DNA of 64,000 nt. Origin: an uncultured Bacteroidota bacterium. Its GTDB lineage: Bacteria > Bacteroidota > Bacteroidia > Chitinophagales > Chitinophagaceae. Where the stretch lies: assembly GCA_903926855.1 (NCBI GenBank), contig CAIYKV010000044.1:8567-72566 (forward strand), read 5' to 3'. Shown here in pieces: positions 59,851 through 64,000 of the stretch. The position numbers were made by a program, and so were the translations under genes. Numbering within the stretch: position 1 is the stretch's first letter; each line of letters starts with the position of its first letter. Below the pieces are notes generated by a model. The model was given only the letters and a program-made list of their open reading frames with translations. It was not told the origin of the DNA and ran no database searches.

Positions 59851-62800
59851 TTATCCTTTTTTGTTAACAACCACGGTTAACAGCATATCATTGATATCAA
59901 TCTCCATACCACCCGATACTTGGGGTGCCCAATCAATGGTATCTGCCAAAATTTCGCGGCAAATATAGTCGTTATATTTAATAATAGACTCCCTGAGATT
60001 TTCGCTCTCAAGAACGGTCACGAATATACGGTCTGTGAGGTCAAAACCGCTTTCTTTTCTGATATTTTGTATGCGGTTCACAAATTCACGGGCTTCTCCT
60101 TCCTGCTTCAGTTCCTCTGTCAGGGTGATATCCAGGGCAACGGTTAAACTACCTTTACTGGCCACACTCCAGCCGGGAATATCTTCAGCCGTAATCTCCA
60201 CATCTGACAAAGCGACGGTAAGTTCCTCATTATCAAGTATAAATGAAAATTGACCGTCTTTTTCAAGGGTGGCTATATCCTGCTGACTAAAATTACCAAT
60301 AGCAGCGCCGGCAGCTTTCATCTTTGGCCCTAAACGGGTGCCCAGGGCTTTGAAATTGGGTTTGATTTTTTTGCTGATGACCCCTTCCGTTTCAGTGATA
60401 TATACCAGTTCCTTTACATTTACTTCGGCCTTGATCAGGTCTTCTATCTTTTCAAGCTGTGTTTTCATGCCAGGGTTTAAAACTGGGACCATAATCTTTT
60501 GTAAGGGTTGTCGAACCTTGATATTCACTTTTTTGCGCAGGGATAATACCAGGGAACAGACATCCTGCGCCAATTGCATTCTTTCTTCAAGCAATTTGTC
60601 GATACTGGCTTCATTTGCGATAGGAAAATCTGCATGATGTACAGATGCCACAGCAAACCTACCCGTAACCCCATTTAAATTATTGAATACTGCATCACTA
60701 AAAAACGGTGATATCGGTGCCATTAACCGGATAATGGTTTCCAAACACTCATATAATGTCTGATAGGCACTGATTTTATCCTGCTCATACTCTCCCTTCC
60801 AGAAACGGCGTCGGCTGAGTCGAACATACCAGTTACTCAGGTGTTCATCAACAAATTCTTCAATATAACGACCTGCCATGGTTGGTTCAAAATCATCCAT
60901 GGATAGCGTAACATTGCGGATCAGAGTATGTAAAGAAGATAAGATCCATCTGTCAATTTCAGGTCTTTCAGCCAATGGGATATACGCTTCTTTGAATGAG
61001 AAACCATCTACATTGGCATACAAACCAAAAAATTGATAGGTATTGTATAAGGTTCCAAAAAATTTGCGTTGTACTTCCTGAATGCCTGCCAGATCAAATT
61101 TTAAATTATCCCAGGGCGATGCATTCGTGATCAGGTACCAACGGGTAGCATCTGCACCGTATTTTTCAATCGTTTCGAAAGGGTTAACCACATTACCCAA
61201 ACGTTTGCTCATTTTATTTCCATTCTTATCCAGTACCAATCCATTACTCACTACCGCTTTATAAGACACACTGTCGAACAGCATAACACCCAGGGCATGC
61301 AGGGTATAGAACCAGCCACGGGTTTGGTCAACACCTTCGGCAATAAAATCAGCCGGGAAAGCTTCTCCTTTGTCAATCAGGTGCTTATTTTCAAATGGAT
61401 AATGCCATTGCGCATAGGGCATGGCACCGCTGTCAAACCATACATCTATCAGGTCGGCAACCCGTTTCATTGGTTTGCCTGATACGCTTACCAATATGAT
61501 ATCATCCACAAAAGGCTTATGCAAATCTAAAATGCCCTCATGCAGGTAATGTTTATTTACATCTCCCCCCAATACATCATTGGCTTTGCGGATTCCCTCA
61601 TTTAATTCTTCAATGGATCCAATACAAACTTCCTCTTCGCCATCTTCGGTTCTCCATACAGGCAATGGCGTTCCCCAATAGCGACTGCGACTCAGGTTCC
61701 AGTCCACCATATTCTCCAGCCAGTTTCCAAAACGGCCTTCACCTGTTGATTTGGGTTTCCAGTTGATGGTTTTATTCAGTTCTACCATTCTCTCTTTCAC
61801 TGCTGTGGTTTTGATAAACCAGGCATCAAGAGGATAATACAGAATGGGTTTATCGGTTCTCCAGCAATGCGGATAACTGTGTTCGTATTTTTCAACTTTG
61901 AATGCCCGGTTCTCTTTCTTGAGTTTTACACTGATATCTACATTCACATCCACATAGTTCGGGTCATCCTTATAATTCTTAACATAGCGGTTACTGAATT
62001 CTCCCAGGCCCTCTACAAATTTTCCCTGTCTGTCAACCATCGTCAGTATACCAATATTGTATTTCTTGCCCACACGATAGTCATCTGCACCAAAAGCAGG
62101 TGCTGTATGCACAATACCTGTTCCGTCTTCGGTAGTTACAAAATCGCCCAGTAAAATGCGGAAAGGAAGTGCACCGGGTGTTTGTGCCTGAATATTTATC
62201 TCGGCATTGGCTTCATAAGGAAGCAGTTGTTCATATTGTATCCCTTCCAGGTCTTTTCCCTTACATTCAGCAATGATCTTCCAGGGTATCATTTTTGCCT
62301 TTTCATCATACCCGGCAAAATCTCCGTTCTCGGCTTCCGGCTTGAAATATTTGCCCAGTAAGGCTTTGGCCAATATTACATGGGAGCGGATATGGGTATA
62401 GGGATTAAATGTATCTACCAAAACATAGCTAATGTTTTCGCCAACTGTTAACCCAAGATTAGATGGTAAGGTCCAGGGTGTGGTGGTCCATGCTAAGAAT
62501 AAGATTTCTTTATCAGTAGTCAAAGATGTTTCTTCAGACAATGCATCGAATAAAAAAGCCGATTTCTCATTATTTACAGCTTTGAACATGGCTACCACGC
62601 TGGTATCTTTCACATCTTTATAAGTACCGGGTTGATTGAGTTCATGTGAACTTAATCCGGTTCCTGCAGCAGGGGAATAGGGCTGGATGCTTACGCTTTC
62701 ATATAATAATCCCTTCTTGTATAACTCATTTAGTATCCACCAAAGGGTTTCAATATAATTATTCTCAAATGTGATATAGGGTTTATCCAAATCAACCCAA

Positions 62801-63225
62801 TAACCCATTTTCATTGTCAGCTCATCCCATTTATCTTTATAACGTAAAACGGCTTCGCGGCATTTCTGGTTATACTCTTCTACGGATATTTTTTTACCGA
62901 TATCTTCTTTGGTGATACCCAATTCTTTTTCTACACCCAATTCAACGGGTAATCCATGGGTATCCCATCCACCTTTTCTTTTTACCTGAAAGCCCTGCAT
63001 GGTTTTGTAGCGACAAACCATATCTTTTAAGGTACGCGAGATCACATGGTGGATGCCGGGCATACCATTGGCGCTGGGTGGCCCTTCATAGAATACAAAA
63101 GGTTTTTTACCCTCCCTGAGAGAAACGCTTTTTTCAAAAGCCTGTTCCTTATCCCATTTTGCCAATATTTCTTGCTCGATTGCCGGAAGGTTCAATCCGG
63201 AGAATTCTGGGTATTTCACACTCAT
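59851..63225 (-). CDS. ileS: Isoleucine--tRNA ligase (long, type-2 form)
   Basis: PSANGMPGIHHV (HIGH), KMSKRLGN (KMSKS), and a CP1 editing insertion. Length is 1124 aa. Confidence 0.97.
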   Translation of the reverse strand: MSVKYPEFSGLNLPAIEQEILAKWDKEQAFEKSVSLREGKKPFVFYEGPPSANGMPGIHHVISRTLKDMVCRYKTMQGFQVKRKGGWDTHGLPVELGVEKELGITKEDIGKKISVEEYNQKCREAVLRYKDKWDELTMKMGYWVDLDKPYITFENNYIETLWWILNELYKKGLLYESVSIQPYSPAAGTGLSSHELNQPGTYKDVKDTSVVAMFKAVNNEKSAFLFDALSEETSLTTDKEILFLAWTTTPWTLPSNLGLTVGENISYVLVDTFNPYTHIRSHVILAKALLGKYFKPEAENGDFAGYDEKAKMIPWKIIAECKGKDLEGIQYEQLLPYEANAEINIQAQTPGALPFRILLGDFVTTEDGTGIVHTAPAFGADDYRVGKKYNIGILTMVDRQGKFVEGLGEFSNRYVKNYKDDPNYVDVNVDISVKLKKENRAFKVEKYEHSYPHCWRTDKPILYYPLDAWFIKTTAVKERMVELNKTINWKPKSTGEGRFGNWLENMVDWNLSRSRYWGTPLPVWRTEDGEEEVCIGSIEELNEGIRKANDVLGGDVNKHYLHEGILDLHKPFVDDIILVSVSGKPMKRVADLIDVWFDSGAMPYAQWHYPFENKHLIDKGEAFPADFIAEGVDQTRGWFYTLHALGVMLFDSVSYKAVVSNGLVLDKNGNKMSKRLGNVVNPFETIEKYGADATRWYLITNASPWDNLKFDLAGIQEVQRKFFGTLYNTYQFFGLYANVDGFSFKEAYIPLAERPEIDRWILSSLHTLIRNVTLSMDDFEPTMAGRYIEEFVDEHLSNWYVRLSRRRFWKGEYEQDKISAYQTLYECLETIIRLMAPISPFFSDAVFNNLNGVTGRFAVASVHHADFPIANEASIDKLLEERMQLAQDVCSLVLSLRKKVNIKVRQPLQKIMVPVLNPGMKTQLEKIEDLIKAEVNVKELVYITETEGVISKKIKPNFKALGTRLGPKMKAAGAAIGNFSQQDIATLEKDGQFSFILDNEELTVALSDVEITAEDIPGWSVASKGSLTVALDITLTEELKQEGEAREFVNRIQNIRKESGFDLTDRIFVTVLESENLRESIIKYNDYICREILADTIDWAPQVSGGMEIDINDMLLTVVVNKKG

Positions 63226-63256
63226 AAAACGCTTGTCCCTTCTGTTTTTAAGGCTG

Positions 63257-63264
63257 CAAAGGTA
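63257..63264 (-). promoter_or_regulatory. Bacteroidota-type -7 box (TACCTTTG on the minus strand) for ileS
   Basis: Plus-strand caaaggta lies 32 nt upstream of the ileS ATG. Confidence 0.35.
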
Positions 63265-63453
63265 AGAAATATAGGGGAAGTTTGGCCTTGGGATTTAGTA
63301 ATGGTAAAGCTCCATTTTAAATAAGAAGCCTTTGCCCAGGAGGTCCTCTTTTCGCTAAATCTTCCCCTTGTACGGCAAAATTCTTTTACAAAACAACTGA
63401 TAACCGTCAACCCCGGGCTGACGAAACTCATATTTTGTGTTTTGGTGGCAGGA

Positions 63454-63461
63454 TAGCTTTG
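63454..63461 (+). promoter_or_regulatory. Bacteroidota-type -7 box (TAGCTTTG) for hemN
   Basis: Matches TAnnTTTG 19 nt upstream of the ATG at 63480. Confidence 0.4.
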
Positions 63462-63479
63462 CCTTCATAAAATCATACA

Positions 63480-64000
63480 ATGGAGTTACCTGCTAACCTT
63501 TTAATTAAATACAACCAGCCTGTTCCCAGATATACCAGTTATCCTACCGTTCCATTTTGGCAGGAAGGACTAGTTCCGGGAGATTGGGCAAAGCTTTTCA
63601 GCAGGCAGTTTGAAACAGCCAACCCTGAAGAAGGAATCAGTGTATATATCCATTTACCCTTTTGTGAATCGCTTTGTACCTATTGCGGTTGTAATAAGAA
63701 GATTACTACCCAGCATTCTGTAGAAGAAGACTATATTGAAACCATACTGGCCGAATGGGCGCTTTATTGTGGCCTGATGAATACCAAACCCATTATCCGT
63801 GAACTGCACCTGGGTGGAGGAACGCCAACTTTCTTTTCTCCGGAAAATCTGACACATCTGCTGACACGTTTGTTTGAAAAAGCCATCATTCATCCGAAGC
63901 ATGAATTTAGTTTTGAAGGCCATCCTAATAATACAACCCGGCAACACCTTGATGCCTTGTATAGATTGGGTTTTAGAAGAGTCAGCTTTGGCGTACAGGA
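63480..64000 (+). CDS. hemN: Oxygen-independent coproporphyrinogen-III oxidase (radical SAM), N-terminal part; runs off the window
   Basis: My own translation: MELPANLLIKYNQPVPRYTSYPTVPFW...GISVYIHLPFCESLCTYCGCNK (CxxxCxxC radical-SAM cluster)...LHLGGGTPTF. It is missing from the ORF track because no stop codon is reached. Confidence 0.9.
   Translation, partial: MELPANLLIKYNQPVPRYTSYPTVPFWQEGLVPGDWAKLFSRQFETANPEEGISVYIHLPFCESLCTYCGCNKKITTQHSVEEDYIETILAEWALYCGLMNTKPIIRELHLGGGTPTFFSPENLTHLLTRLFEKAIIHPKHEFSFEGHPNNTTRQHLDALYRLGFRRVSFGVQ

Noticed and set aside
59267-59968. 233-aa G/A/L/T-rich plus-strand ORF.
   Set aside because: It is the antisense reading of the K/A/P-rich repeats (AAG/GCN/CCN codons read backwards), so it is an artefact of low-complexity sequence.
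63226-63479. T-box or leader attenuator upstream of ileS (and similarly upstream of metG at 34777-34970).
   Set aside because: No specifier-loop or T-box consensus was seen. T-box control is not expected in Bacteroidota. The region is explained by two divergent TAnnTTTG promoters.
1-64000. Mobile element, prophage, genomic island or known defence system anywhere in the window.
   Set aside because: There are no integrase, transposase, recombinase, tRNA attachment site, restriction, Cas or toxin-antitoxin-like genes, and no obvious compositional break. The gene content is core metabolism and envelope functions.

Overview
This 64-kb chromosomal window looks like a mostly housekeeping stretch of a Bacteroidota genome. 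My guess, by eye only, is something Chitinophagaceae- or Sphingobacteriia-like at roughly 40% GC. The phylum call rests on four things: two T9SS type-B (gliding-motility C-terminal domain) cargo proteins, TAnnTTTG -7 promoter boxes shortly upstream of several start codons, a long type-2 IleS, and Bacteroidota-style lipoprotein and DUF genes. I support about 50 protein genes. The core set is guaB (partial), lnt, glyA, uvrA, purQ, kup, metG, nrdJ, dxs, scpA, mscL, frr, rbfA, ileS and hemN (partial). The rest include an ECF-type sigma factor, oxyR, a LytTR two-component pair, a split DsbD, a GMC oxidoreductase pair, an MsbA-like and a LolE-like ABC component, and several hydrolases and peptidases. 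I saw no rRNA, tRNA, CRISPR array, transposase, integrase, phage gene or recognisable defence gene. There is no obvious accessory island, so I cannot point to a clear-cut new system. The observations most worth a second look are listed here. (1) A five-gene exported operon (26134-29641) combines two CxxCH cytochrome-c-like lipoproteins, one carrying three Ig-like repeats, with YceI, a beta-barrel protein and an OB-fold protein. (2) Two tandem paralogous T9SS cargo proteins share an uncharacterised Cys-rich N-terminal domain. (3) A DksA/TraR-like protein carries a ~185-aa histone-H1-like K/A/P tail that contains a perfect 51-bp tandem duplication. (4) A PPK2 gene is interrupted by one in-frame TGA exactly at the conserved Trp of the DFLWR motif. 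(5) An orphan 0.53-kb convergent spacer contains five 11-bp tandem repeats and an imperfect inverted repeat. All family names are assigned from motifs read by eye. No database search was run.
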